Below, piece by piece: positions 36,449-47,000 of a stretch of DNA of 64,000 nucleotides. Numbering within the stretch: the stretch's first letter is position 1; each line of letters begins with the position of its first letter. A model generated the notes under the pieces. The model was not told where the DNA came from. It ran no database searches and saw only the letters and a program-made list of their open reading frames with translations. This DNA comes from a virus. The stretch is taken from IMG/VR virus record IMGVR_UViG_3300044658_000141, positions 1 to 64,000 of that record, one strand, 5' to 3'. Both the position numbers and the translations under genes were made by a program.

Positions 36449-37327
36449 TCAGATGTAGGCAATGGTAGCAGCCATTGAACCAGATGCCTGCGAAACGGTT
36501 AAGCCGTTGGCAAATGGCATATCCAGAGTGATGATGGTACCAGCGGCAATGTTACTTGCTGTTGTATAGAGTATCGTTCCAGATGCTGCACTGGCATTGT
36601 CATAAAAAGAAAGAGCAGACGTTGCAGTCGTAGTCACCACAAAATTTTTGAGATACCCTGCACTGTTCTTGATAGTGACTGGTGTTGTACCTGTGCCAGC
36701 GGCAAGTGGATAGTTTGACTTGGCTTGCTGAACAATCAATGCACCGGTCGGAGCCACAATGAGCGCCGTATCACCCGCTGTAGTGTTTTTTCCGTACAAA
36801 TCAGTATTGAGCACGCGAGGGGCATCAGTAACGGGGACTGCGTGAGCAGTTACTGTAACAGTTCCAGCGCTAAATCCTGAGACGCGTGCACGAATATTCT
36901 GCAAGCCAGCAACTGATCCCTCATACAAATGAATGCTGGTAGTTGTTGAGCCAGTGACAGAGGTTACAATGGTATTGGTACCCTCTTGTGTAACCTGCAA
37001 CGGGTCATAGTTGGTACCGTCTTCAGAAACTTCAAAGTTAACAGTTCCTGTAAAGCTAGACATATTCACCGTCAGGATCACTGAGGAGTTACCAAGCAAG
37101 GCCAAAGGTGTGCCATTTCCATTGGCGCCTGCAGCGTTTTGCAGTGTTCCATTGACGGAAGCATACGCAAGTTGTTGGATAACCATAGGTGCATAAGGCG
37201 CACCATTGGAATCGGTTGCAACTGCTCCACCCTGCACACCTACCGTCCCAACACCCGGCACATAAACAGACCCGACAGGATAGCCTGTGGTATCTCTTGG
37301 AATTGAACCATCTGTAAAATAGGTCAT
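36449..37327 (-). CDS. Putative capsid decoration protein
   Basis: Beta-rich; downstream of MCP; shares a domain with 16061-17530. Confidence 0.6.
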   Translation of the reverse strand: MTYFTDGSIPRDTTGYPVGSVYVPGVGTVGVQGGAVATDSNGAPYAPMVIQQLAYASVNGTLQNAAGANGNGTPLALLGNSSVILTVNMSSFTGTVNFEVSEDGTNYDPLQVTQEGTNTIVTSVTGSTTTSIHLYEGSVAGLQNIRARVSGFSAGTVTVTAHAVPVTDAPRVLNTDLYGKNTTAGDTALIVAPTGALIVQQAKSNYPLAAGTGTTPVTIKNSAGYLKNFVVTTTATSALSFYDNASAASGTILYTTASNIAAGTIITLDMPFANGLTVSQASGSMAATIAYI

Positions 37328-37338
37328 ATATTCCTCCG

Positions 37339-37584
37339 CTACGATTTATAATTAGCGCCCATCGGGCCAGGATTGGTTGACATTGATTTCGGCGCTAGTT
37401 TCTCAAATGGAGGCTGGTTGCCTTGAGGTGCCATTGAGGGCTGACCCGCTACCACAGACTGCTGACCAAATGAGTAGCCCGTTCCTCGTACAGCATCAGC
37501 ATTCGAGAGTTTGTATGGGCCTCCAACCGTATCAAGCAGATTCGGCGTGGATGATGACCCAGGTGCAACATTTGGATCGTTCAT
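37339..37584 (-). CDS. Small Pro/Gly-rich protein
   Basis: GGAGG RBS; first gene after element C. Confidence 0.55.
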   Translation of the reverse strand: MNDPNVAPGSSSTPNLLDTVGGPYKLSNADAVRGTGYSFGQQSVVAGQPSMAPQGNQPPFEKLAPKSMSTNPGPMGANYKS

Positions 37585-37608
37585 AGGAGATTGACCTCCA
37601 TTGCAAAC

Positions 37609-37658
37609 AAAAAAGCCAACGGCTTGTGGCTCGTTGGCTCGTGATTGGTTTAAGTATA
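37609..37658 (-). promoter_or_regulatory. -10 (TATACT) plus hairpin element, copy C
   Basis: ACGAGCCAACGAGCCACAAGCCGTTGGCTTTTTT at 37642-37609. Confidence 0.78.
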
Positions 37659-37673
37659 TCTGATCAGTTCACT

Positions 37674-38111
37674 CTAATCAAATTGGTCAGACTTTTTTAG
37701 CCCTTGCATCTGGGAAAAGTATTCTAATCTTTCTTCTGTCATACCCTTCTTGCCACCATACTTGTCTAAGTATTCTTTCATTAGTATCGCCTGCTCTTTC
37801 TTTCCGATTAAGTAGGGTGTTATCGCATCAAGCAATATAACTAATGATTGATGGTTTTTTACCAAGATTCTTTTTATCGGTCTCGTATGTGAGTTTCTTG
37901 AATTATGGAAACCATATGTTGTTATTCCTAATTCTTCCAGAATACTTCGACATTCCATCATGAGTACGTAAGAAGAGTTTACAATTGTGATATATGGCGT
38001 TGGCGTAATTGTTATATTTCCTGAACGATGTTTAACCGTTTTACGGAATATTCCAATACATCCTTCACCGTCTATCACTCCAGCCAACCAAGCTAACTTT
38101 GTTTCTTGCAT
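37674..38111 (-). CDS. Free-standing LAGLIDADG homing endonuclease
   Basis: AWLAGVIDGEGCI..PYLIGKKEQA; own TATAAT upstream. Confidence 0.9.
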   Translation of the reverse strand: MQETKLAWLAGVIDGEGCIGIFRKTVKHRSGNITITPTPYITIVNSSYVLMMECRSILEELGITTYGFHNSRNSHTRPIKRILVKNHQSLVILLDAITPYLIGKKEQAILMKEYLDKYGGKKGMTEERLEYFSQMQGLKKSDQFD

Positions 38112-38210
38112 GTAGCACAATCAACCTTTCACAATAATTTGCGTGTAGGCTAATTATACTACATGCACACTAACCACTTCAATGTCGCGTGCACTTAATA
38201 CTAGTTTTGC

Positions 38211-39968
38211 TTATGCTGTCACAATTCCCGTTAATATACCCTGCCCGCCAAGGTACTGACATATGCACGTCTCACTCGAATAAACGCCATACATCCATTG
38301 AGTCGGATGTGACTGATCTGGTGGATATTCCAGTGCCCACATCTCCCTATTCGTTGATACCCGTAATGGAGGTTTATCTATTTCTGCAACCTGGAAGGGC
38401 AAAGTGAGAGATACGGCAATGATGGTTCCTTGCATCAGGTAAGGTACCATAATAATATCCATTAACCTTCCAGTCGTCTGATTGATCCACTTCGTCGCAC
38501 GACCACCGCCAACCAAATCAGACTGCGCAGGGCCTGTTGGCTGCACATTCACACGGTAGTTGGTTGATTGCGTGATGATGTTGCTGAGGGCTTTGTGATC
38601 TTTCACACTCACAAGCAAACATTCAGGATTGGCACGAGAGTTGAGATACATTGCCTCAAGCCAGGTATCGATATCAGTCTTGGCCAGTGCACCGCCTGTA
38701 TCAGCCACACGTTTAACTGCTGCCGTCTCACCACCAACACCTGCAGTACTCAGAGTACCAGTGTTGTTGTAGATGAGCGACTGGATGCCATCAAACATCA
38801 GAGGCTGATTCGCAGGAGTACCACCACCACCAGAGGTAAACGCAATCGCCGTGTTACCTGCCGTGACAACTGTGCTGTAGGCCGTACCAGAGCCTGTGCT
38901 GCTCGTCATGGTAACGGAGAAGTAACCCGATGCATAGCCGCCGGGATCATTCAAGGCTGAAGCACCACCAAAGTTTGAGGAGGCCGATTGCTTCCACATG
39001 GCCGTATTGGCAGGCTGTGTAGAGCCAGTGCCAACGTACACGTTGTAGCTCGTAGCGTTGGGCACGCGCATGATATTGAAGGAAATCGTGCTCGTGCTAC
39101 CAGTCGTAACTTGTGTAAGTGCAGTCGGAGTGGAACCGCCAAATGCCAACGTTTCGCCTTGCGCATTCACGGCTGTTACAATAATCCAGTACGTTGCAGC
39201 AGAAAGCGTGCCACCCGTGGTTGTAGTGGACGCGCCAACAGCAGGAGGAGGAGCCCAGAGATTCTGCGCACCATTTAGGTATGCCACTTCCTGACCGAGC
39301 ATCAATGATGGTGCCAACTTCGAGGCAACTTTTGCGCGAACATCAGGCTCAAACATACGCCCGTAGAGTTCGCTTTCCATTGTCACGACATCACTGAAAG
39401 CCAATTGCCGCAACACATTGGATTTATTGACCCAGGTGTAACTGGCCTTCTGCGGCGCGGTTTGCTGTGCCAGGATGAACGAGCCGAGAGTTGGACCACT
39501 TCCACCAAACACATCTGTAATAGCACGCCAGTTCTCAACATCGATGCCCACGCTTGGCGTACGTGGAAGCATGTTTCTGAACGGGGTATCGAACGGGACA
39601 ACAAACTTGGCAAGCGGCTCAAGGTAGTAGCCAGTCCAGTCCGCGTTATTGCCAATATACTGCTGATCGCGGTTCTGACTACCTTGCTGGATCGCGTTAA
39701 TTGTTTCTTCGTTGAGATGTTGATGAACGAACTGCTTGGGCATGTTCATTCGGCGCATCTCTTGCACAAAGCGATCTGAGAACTCGGCTCCGTCCTCATA
39801 GGCGATACCGTGACGAGCACGCGCCATAATGAGAGCCTGGTTTTTGAGGATGTCACCTTCGGTATACAGTCCTTCATCGATGACACCCACTGCTACGCGG
39901 GAATCGCCGATGCTTTTTTGTGCACTTTGGGGCAACTGTTCCTTGATGGATGTATCAGTTACTGCCAT
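38211..39968 (-). CDS. Major capsid protein with inserted FN3-like domain
   Basis: After protease; DTPFRNMLPR; insert YWIIVTAVNAQGET..ATSYNVYVG. Confidence 0.8.
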   Translation of the reverse strand: MAVTDTSIKEQLPQSAQKSIGDSRVAVGVIDEGLYTEGDILKNQALIMARARHGIAYEDGAEFSDRFVQEMRRMNMPKQFVHQHLNEETINAIQQGSQNRDQQYIGNNADWTGYYLEPLAKFVVPFDTPFRNMLPRTPSVGIDVENWRAITDVFGGSGPTLGSFILAQQTAPQKASYTWVNKSNVLRQLAFSDVVTMESELYGRMFEPDVRAKVASKLAPSLMLGQEVAYLNGAQNLWAPPPAVGASTTTTGGTLSAATYWIIVTAVNAQGETLAFGGSTPTALTQVTTGSTSTISFNIMRVPNATSYNVYVGTGSTQPANTAMWKQSASSNFGGASALNDPGGYASGYFSVTMTSSTGSGTAYSTVVTAGNTAIAFTSGGGGTPANQPLMFDGIQSLIYNNTGTLSTAGVGGETAAVKRVADTGGALAKTDIDTWLEAMYLNSRANPECLLVSVKDHKALSNIITQSTNYRVNVQPTGPAQSDLVGGGRATKWINQTTGRLMDIIMVPYLMQGTIIAVSLTLPFQVAEIDKPPLRVSTNREMWALEYPPDQSHPTQWMYGVYSSETCICQYLGGQGILTGIVTA

Positions 39969-39973
39969 TATTT

Positions 39974-41716
39974 TTATCTCCGGCGTTGCGCTGCAAGAGC
40001 TGCAGCCATCGCATCTACTTGTTTGTCAGGAGTATCCAACTGGCCACGCTTGGAAAGTTCAGCCATCGCCTGGTAAACAGCGCCATAAGTGAGGGCTTCA
40101 TCATTGCGTGGTAGTGGATCAGTAGCCAACTGCTTTTCAATTGGCGGACGAGGCATCACACTCGCATTCAAAACCGGGCCACCAGGCATCGGCTGTTCCG
40201 CAATTTTGTCAACTTGACCTTTTACCGCTGACAATTCAGCGCGTACTTCGTCTAAGCTTGATTTGGTTGGGATCTCAGCAATGCGAGCCTCAAATGTCTC
40301 GAACGCCCTGGTGATTGAAGATGTAATAAGTTGGTCGATATTGGTCGGAGCGGCGTTGACATTACTGCGTGCTAATGTGCCTGCAATGCTCTGTAGTCGT
40401 GAATAAACGGGCTGTAATGAGCGCTCAATAAGAGAAGTAACAACCCGCTCCATGTCCTTCTCTTGGCCGTTGTAGAGTGATTGCCAGTCGTTGTCTGGAT
40501 CGTCATAGCCACCAAGATCAACATCACCATCATTGTCAGGATCGATGATCTTCATGGCGGCTGCACACTGCGGGCAATCGTCTTTGCAGTTTTTCATCTG
40601 CGCCACAGCTGCGTGCAATGTATGTGCTATGGCTTTATGGTTCGCATCCTGTGTGCCTTTACCAACACGTGCTCCTGCTCTTTCCAAGGATCGGGAAGCT
40701 TCTGGCTCGTCTTCTGTCGTATCCAGCACATCGGTAGCAAATCCGTCAGCACGTACAATGGTGACATCGCAACCAGGACAGGCCGGGTTATCGACTAACG
40801 ACAACTCAGCAACGGTATATCTTGGCAGGTAAGGGTATTCTTTGCCCTGGTACTCTTTTTTTGGCCAGCGGCGTGGATCGTTGCCAAACTCAGGATCAGG
40901 GATAATCGATGCAGAGTAGCCAGTGAGTACGTTGTCCTCAACTTTGAGCCAGGTGTCCTGCGCACCACGCGAGACGCGAGATCCGACATAAATAGCGCGT
41001 TCTTCAGGATCGGGCGTGATGTCAACAGCCTTGCCAACAGCTTTCTTTGGATCGTGCTGCTCGCGGATATTGCCACGCCATTTGGTCCAGGCTTCAGGAT
41101 AATAGCCGAAGATCGTGCCGTATGAGTCTGGCACTTCAGCGGTAGCCTGCCCCCAAACTTCGCGCTTTGCGGCATCGATACGCACCAATGGCAGGCTCAT
41201 CACATGGCGATCTGTGGTCTGGATAGCAGCGACAGGTTCGTGCGTACGGCTATGGGAGTGGGCTCGTTCCTGCGCGGCTTCTTCGTGGCTGTGTTTGTGG
41301 TCTGCATCATTGTCGTGGCTGTGCTCGTGTTCGTGGTTCTCATCATCGCCTTGACCGCCAAAGGCCGGGTGGGCATGTGAGTGTTTGCCAGTAAATGCAT
41401 CGTGGCCACCATCGGCGCGAATGAGTACGCCAGTAGTTACGCGCTCTTTGGAAGTGTCATCTTCTTTTGCTGTATCTGGCAATGAGCCCTCCAGTCCAAG
41501 TCGTTTAGCTATGGATTTAATCTTGCGGCGTACTGCGTCAGGACTATCTGCATGACCTGCAAGCCCCCATGCATCTTCAACATCGCTACCATCCTCGATA
41601 GGATAGCTACCATCCGGCCCTGCAAAATTTTCAGGATGCTCTTTAAGATAAGCCTCCCGTTTTGCAGTTGTCCACTTGGCACGATGAAGTTCCAAGAGAT
41701 TATCTATCTCTACCAT
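39974..41716 (-). CDS. Prohead protease/scaffold fusion with His-rich insert
   Basis: IREQH..AVGK, GYS, ELSLVDNPACP; GGAGG RBS. Confidence 0.82.
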   Translation of the reverse strand: MVEIDNLLELHRAKWTTAKREAYLKEHPENFAGPDGSYPIEDGSDVEDAWGLAGHADSPDAVRRKIKSIAKRLGLEGSLPDTAKEDDTSKERVTTGVLIRADGGHDAFTGKHSHAHPAFGGQGDDENHEHEHSHDNDADHKHSHEEAAQERAHSHSRTHEPVAAIQTTDRHVMSLPLVRIDAAKREVWGQATAEVPDSYGTIFGYYPEAWTKWRGNIREQHDPKKAVGKAVDITPDPEERAIYVGSRVSRGAQDTWLKVEDNVLTGYSASIIPDPEFGNDPRRWPKKEYQGKEYPYLPRYTVAELSLVDNPACPGCDVTIVRADGFATDVLDTTEDEPEASRSLERAGARVGKGTQDANHKAIAHTLHAAVAQMKNCKDDCPQCAAAMKIIDPDNDGDVDLGGYDDPDNDWQSLYNGQEKDMERVVTSLIERSLQPVYSRLQSIAGTLARSNVNAAPTNIDQLITSSITRAFETFEARIAEIPTKSSLDEVRAELSAVKGQVDKIAEQPMPGGPVLNASVMPRPPIEKQLATDPLPRNDEALTYGAVYQAMAELSKRGQLDTPDKQVDAMAAALAAQRRR

Positions 41717-41792
41717 ATTGACCTCCAACTAATAACAGGGTATAATTAATGAGGATAGTATGACTTCTAGAGCGGATTGAAAGGATTTTCCT

Positions 41793-42662
41793 GTGCAGAC
41801 GACCACCTTCATTTATGCCTTGATTGACCCTATTACTGAAGAGGTTCGATACATCGGCAAGAGTAATAATCCTCGTAAGCGATACATCAACCATACAACG
41901 AGTCATCATTTTCAAGTGCACAAGAGTAACTGGATTAAGAAACTTCAAAGTCAGGGGATGCAACCCATACTTCTGATTCTGGAAGAGGTTCCTATATCGA
42001 ATTGGCAAGAGCGCGAACGCTACTGGATTAGTTATTATAGAGAGCATGGTTGCAACCTCATCAATCGTACCGACGGCGGCGATGGACTAACCAAACTCTC
42101 GCCTGAGCATCGTGCTAAAATAGGGCTTGCAGGTAAAGGCAAAAAACGTAGCCCTAAAACGAAAGAGCGATGCAAAACAGCAGCACAAAACAGATCTACC
42201 AGTCCTGAGTGGAGAGCAAAATTGTCTGAATCCGCGAAGAAACGTCCTCCAATGAGTCCTGAGACGAGAGCAAAAATAGCCGCGACTAAGAAAGCCCAAG
42301 CTGCTACGCCTGAGGGAAGGGCAAACATAGCAAAAATGCAGAAAGCTAGACCCTCCAAGCAATCACCAGAAATCTTAGCAAAAAAGTCTGAAACGATGAA
42401 AGCAAAATATGAAGCTGGATGGGACATAGGCGAAGAGGGAAGAACAAAGATATCAGTTGCAAAAAAAGGTGTCCCTAGATCTCCTGAAGTTATTGCAAAA
42501 ATGTCAGCAGGGCGCAAAGGCAAGGGAACAGGCCCACATTCTCCTGAACATCTTGCAAAAATATCAGCAGCAAGAAAAGGCAAACCCCAACCACGACAGA
42601 GGTGTGAGAAATGCCATCGATTTAGCAAATCGCCTTTATGTGATAAATGTCGATCTTTGTAA
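41793..42662 (+). CDS. GIY-YIG homing endonuclease with NUMOD3-like repeats (antisense to late operon)
   Basis: FIYALIDP..VRYIGKS..R..H, ERYWI, LINRTDGGDG; repeated SPE.RAK(I/M)S. Confidence 0.9.
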   Translation: MQTTTFIYALIDPITEEVRYIGKSNNPRKRYINHTTSHHFQVHKSNWIKKLQSQGMQPILLILEEVPISNWQERERYWISYYREHGCNLINRTDGGDGLTKLSPEHRAKIGLAGKGKKRSPKTKERCKTAAQNRSTSPEWRAKLSESAKKRPPMSPETRAKIAATKKAQAATPEGRANIAKMQKARPSKQSPEILAKKSETMKAKYEAGWDIGEEGRTKISVAKKGVPRSPEVIAKMSAGRKGKGTGPHSPEHLAKISAARKGKPQPRQRCEKCHRFSKSPLCDKCRSL

Positions 42663-42707
42663 AACAGTTTTCTACCCCTACACCCCACGGTGTTCATAAA
42701 TTGCAAT

Positions 42708-42741
42708 AAAAAACCCCTGAGCGAGTGGCTCAGGGGCTCGA
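42708..42741 (-). promoter_or_regulatory. GAGCC-GAGCCAC hairpin/U-tract element, copy B
   Basis: TCGAGCCCCTGAGCCACTCGCTCAGGGGTTTTTT. Confidence 0.78.
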
Positions 42742-42769
42742 TTCTCTTGCGAGAGAAATATTTCTTTGG

Positions 42770-42845
42770 TGGATTGCCTGGTAGGACTCGAACCTACAGC
42801 GCCTGCAGTATTCCGGCAGTGCTCTACCATTGGAGCTACAGGCAA
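42770..42845 (-). tRNA. tRNA-like gene with atypical anticodon arm (nominal anticodon AAT; identity undetermined)
   Basis: Acceptor TTGCCTG/CAGGCAA; D arm GCTC-CAATGGTA-GAGC; T arm GTAGG-TTCGAGT-CCTAC; encoded CCA; upstream TGcTATACT at 42865-42857. Confidence 0.8.
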
Positions 42846-42882
42846 TCTTTAGTCGAAGTATAGCACAGCATGCAAAGTTGTG

Positions 42883-44058
42883 CTAGTAATGTGCAGACAA
42901 GGGACTTCCTTGCAACAAATCCAGTAGCCGTTGAACTGCACTGCTATCTTCCGACAACAACAACGAGTGATACGGTTCCTCGTTTGCATTGACCAGTCGT
43001 ACACCTGCTGACTCTGCCCACTCTCGCTCCTCTGGACTAAAACCATCCTGCAACCACACTGCCGATTGTACATCGTTCATATGCATACAATATTGTATAG
43101 CTAGTGGCTTCTTGTCCAAATTAGGATAGAGCCGTTCCGCTTCAATCTCATCCTCCTCTAGCGTGAGAGGGTACCAGACAGCCCAAGCGTGTAATCCGGC
43201 ACGTACACACCAACCATTGGCTAACTGTCCCCAGTGCGTCATCCAGATAGGTCTAATATTCTTGTCTTGATCAATCGTTTGCAAGATTGCGTTTGCCTGC
43301 GGGATCGGCCACCCTTCTTTGCCATAAATTGTTTCTTGTGGCAGACCAGCACTGGCAACCGAAAACACACCATCTACATCGAGGAAGAGATAAGTAATGT
43401 CCTGATTTGCTCGCACGCTACGTCTAATAGGTTGATCGTTCACGACGATGGTTTTGTAATGGATGCAGTTTATGTGCATTGGAAAATTTGGTACATCATC
43501 AGACAAATTATAAGTATTTCCGGCATAAGCGGCGCACGTGTCAGAACTGCTATGCCCAGGCTCAATCAATATCTGCAATCTGAGTAACCCATCATCTTCT
43601 AACTCTTCGGCATTGTCCTCGTCCTGCACGTCATCCACAAACTGATCAGTGCCAGCATTCTCACCAGTGCTCCACGTATTATCAGCAATCTGCTGCGTTT
43701 TCCACGGCAAGAAACCGCTAATCCAGTCACCAACAGCAGAGACAACATTCTTGATACCGCTAATAATATCGCCAAGGGCTCGCTCTTGTGGCATCTCTTC
43801 AAGAGCATGACGGAGCAAGGTCTCATACGTCTCTGCGATACTCTCAACCTGCTGAGAGGCCCATTGTTGCGATTTCTCAACCTCGGACTCGGTGACTTGC
43901 CAGGGCTTACGCATGCGAACCACGTGAGCGGTCTTTGATCGGGCACGTTGATAAGCTTGAGCTTTTGCGAGGAGATAGCCTTTGGCAAGTATATTGATAA
44001 GTTGCTGTCTGTCTTCGTCAGTAAATCTATAAGCAGCAATAATGGAGTCCTTGTTCAA
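42883..44058 (-). CDS. MuF/gp7-like head protein fused to a HAD phosphatase domain
   Basis: C..Y.G..FPMHINCIH followed by YLFLDVDGVF..WMTHW..K..VWLQD. Confidence 0.7.
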   Translation of the reverse strand: MNKDSIIAAYRFTDEDRQQLINILAKGYLLAKAQAYQRARSKTAHVVRMRKPWQVTESEVEKSQQWASQQVESIAETYETLLRHALEEMPQERALGDIISGIKNVVSAVGDWISGFLPWKTQQIADNTWSTGENAGTDQFVDDVQDEDNAEELEDDGLLRLQILIEPGHSSSDTCAAYAGNTYNLSDDVPNFPMHINCIHYKTIVVNDQPIRRSVRANQDITYLFLDVDGVFSVASAGLPQETIYGKEGWPIPQANAILQTIDQDKNIRPIWMTHWGQLANGWCVRAGLHAWAVWYPLTLEEDEIEAERLYPNLDKKPLAIQYCMHMNDVQSAVWLQDGFSPEEREWAESAGVRLVNANEEPYHSLLLSEDSSAVQRLLDLLQGSPLSAHY

Positions 44059-44061
44059 CTT

Positions 44062-47000
44062 TTAATCCTCCATCGTTGCTGCCTGCCTATGTCCGCGTTG
44101 TGCTACACGCTCAAAGACAGCATTAACACTCTTCGCCAAATCATCCTTGTTGGCAATGGCTGGCTCTGCCTCTTTGCCACGTGCGCGATTGAACACATTA
44201 CGGACCTGATCAGGCGTTGTACACTCCACAAGTTCGTCACTTATCCATTTATGAATATCTGGAGATATGAGTGTGGTGGTAAAGCCTCTCTGTGTACGCC
44301 CAGCCTTCACATCATCTATTGCCCTGGTCCGCCAGCGTTTGTACTCCTGTGAGATCGCCCGTTCATCATTGCCACCACTTTGGGATGAGGCATCGGGCGT
44401 AGGATCGATTTGATGTGTTGCTCCCTCTGTTCTTGCAACCATTGTATTTTGCGTGGATCGCTCAAAATGCGCTCCATCTTCCTGGCTTGCCTTTTCCTCT
44501 TGCATCTGTTGCGTGAGTAATTGAAGGAGTTCGCTAATCGTGTAGCGCTTCTCTTCAAGTCCCTTTTGCTCGTTGGTAGCATCTTCTTCTTCCTCCTCAT
44601 CTTCGTAATAGTCATACTCACTCTCATCTGCCAACATGGCACGAAGCATCTCTGACTGTGCTTTCTGTACAAGCTTTTCCAGTACGCTCGCCCTGGCTTG
44701 TGTCATGCCACGCTGGCCTTGCAACTTACCAATTGCCGATGTCAGATTCTCCACGAGGCTAGCGGCATCTTCTTCATTCTGATGAGAGTTGATAGCCTGC
44801 ATTAAATCATGGAGATCTTGCGCGATATTCGCCGCTTCTTGCGACTCCTGAGTCGTCCACGTCTTTGATGGTTTGCGTCCTGACAGTGCATTGTAGAGTT
44901 GCGCTTTAGAACCGATCGTGTTCACCAGCGATTGCAATTGTTTGGCCGCAGCCTGTTGTGCTTTTGCCGATTTCATAGCAACGTGGGACTGGGTATTAGC
45001 TGATTTTGCAGCAGTCTTAGCAGCCTTAACCGCAGCGGTCTGCGCCTTCTGTTGTGCCTTCGCTGCCATCCTCTCAGCTTTTGCCTTGGCTGCTGCTGCT
45101 TGTTTCTGCAATCGTGCTTTCTGAGCCTGGGCCCTGGCTTTTGCCTCCGCTGCTCTCTTCTTCGCTGCCGCTTTTGCTTTCTCAGCCTTCAATTTAGCGG
45201 CTTGCTCTCGTCTTGCCGCTGCTTCCTTTTGCTTCTGCTCGCGTTCCGCCGCTTTCTCAGCGCGAATCTTTGCCATCTCCTGTTGCCGTTGTTCGCGTTC
45301 CTGTTGGCGCAATGCACGCATCTGTTGTACGGCCTGATGCAAGTTTGCCTGAGCTTGATGGAGCGCTGCTCTTGCCGCCGCCTTCTCCCCCGGCGCAGCA
45401 TTGTGCAGGTTCTGCTGTGCCTGGTGAAGTGCGTCACGGGCTGATTGCAATTTGGTTTCAGCGGCTTGTAACTTTGGTTGAAGTTGTGCCGTTGCCTGCG
45501 AGGCTTGTTTGGCTGCTGGTGACGTATCGTGTTTAGCTCCATAGGCCGGGTGTGCAAAATCGCCATGTGTTTTCTGATCATGGTCATGACCACCGGGTTC
45601 ATGGCGCGCAAAAAGAATGAGATCAGCAAAAGGATTGTAGCCATACTCATCAATACCATACACACGCTCTAGTTCACTAAATGGCTCATCCTGGTCCGAT
45701 TTGAGGAGTTGTAAGATCTCATCCTCGTATGCCAGATCTTCTGGCGTTGGAAGTTCACTCTCTTCTTCGTCTAGCTCGTCGGCTTCATCACCACTATCTG
45801 CATCAGCATCTGCTGAAGTATCCATCTGACCAGCAGTAGCGCGGCTCAACTCTTCCTCGTCGCTCTGATCAGATTTGCTCTGGCTACTCTTCTTCTGTGG
45901 TGGTATCTCTTCTTCTTCGCTATCATCCTGTTGTGGCTTCTGTTGCTGCGTAGATTGTTGCGGTTGCTGTAAGCCTTGCAATTTCGCTTGCAGGGCAGCA
46001 TTGCGCATTTTATCGGAGGCCATGTCATCAAGAAAGATGGGACCATCTTTTGTTACCAGGATACGACCAATGTACGGAGCATTAGGATCGTCTGGAAGTT
46101 TCAACAATTTGCCAGCGTTAGTCACGCCTAAAATGCCTGATGTTACTAGTTCACTGTATGCACCTGCTAACTCTGATACATCCTCCTCCTCTTCATATCC
46201 TCCAAAACTCGCCTCAAACATTTCACCATGTAAATCAGGGTCAAAGTCATTGTTCATACATTGCGTGAGGAAGCCCGCATACACCACTGCAAGCGGGTCA
46301 ATAGTACGCCTGTATGTCACATTCTGCTGAGAGTCACCGCTACTCTTGTGGATATCCTCAGTAAATGCAACATCCTGCATACTTAGCCCATATGCCGCTA
46401 CGCAGATGTTGATGAGGAACTTATCAAAGGTAGGATCAAGTTGGTACTGCTCAAATGCCTGATATTCCATGCCGGGTTGTGTAAAACGCATACGGACCTG
46501 CTGACTTTGATTGCCTGCAAGTAAAGCGTTCCACGCCTGTTCAAATGCATCGATCTGGTCAGGAGTCCACGTAGCATCGGCTGGCACCTTCATCATGCCT
46601 TGTGGAATATTGCCCTCTGTGAAATGGCTCAAGTCTTTCTTCTGCTTGCGCAATGCTTGATTAACAAGCATGATGATACGCTCGACTCTGGATTGTCCAT
46701 AAGGATTGTCGGCGGCTGGTGACTCTTGGTAGTGGATCATCTCATCAGATCTGAACCACGCACCTGGCAGACCCCATGGGTACTGCTGATAGGCATAGGA
46801 TGGTGGCTGTGGTATCTTTCCCCAATCGTCCAATAGTGGTTTCATCTGATCGCCCGAAATTATCTCTAATGCATATAGCCCACCACCACGCTTTTTACGC
46901 TTGTAAACATATAACTCATCAATTTGGGTTTGTTCCCGGAGGGCAATGCGTATCCAACTATGCAGGTCATGCATTTTATCTGGAGAGTCAAACCAACTGC

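Noticed and set aside
37660-38211. Group I intron in the capsid gene hosting the LAGLIDADG ORF
   Set aside because: MCP ends with a plausible complete C-terminus; flanks are too short for a ribozyme core
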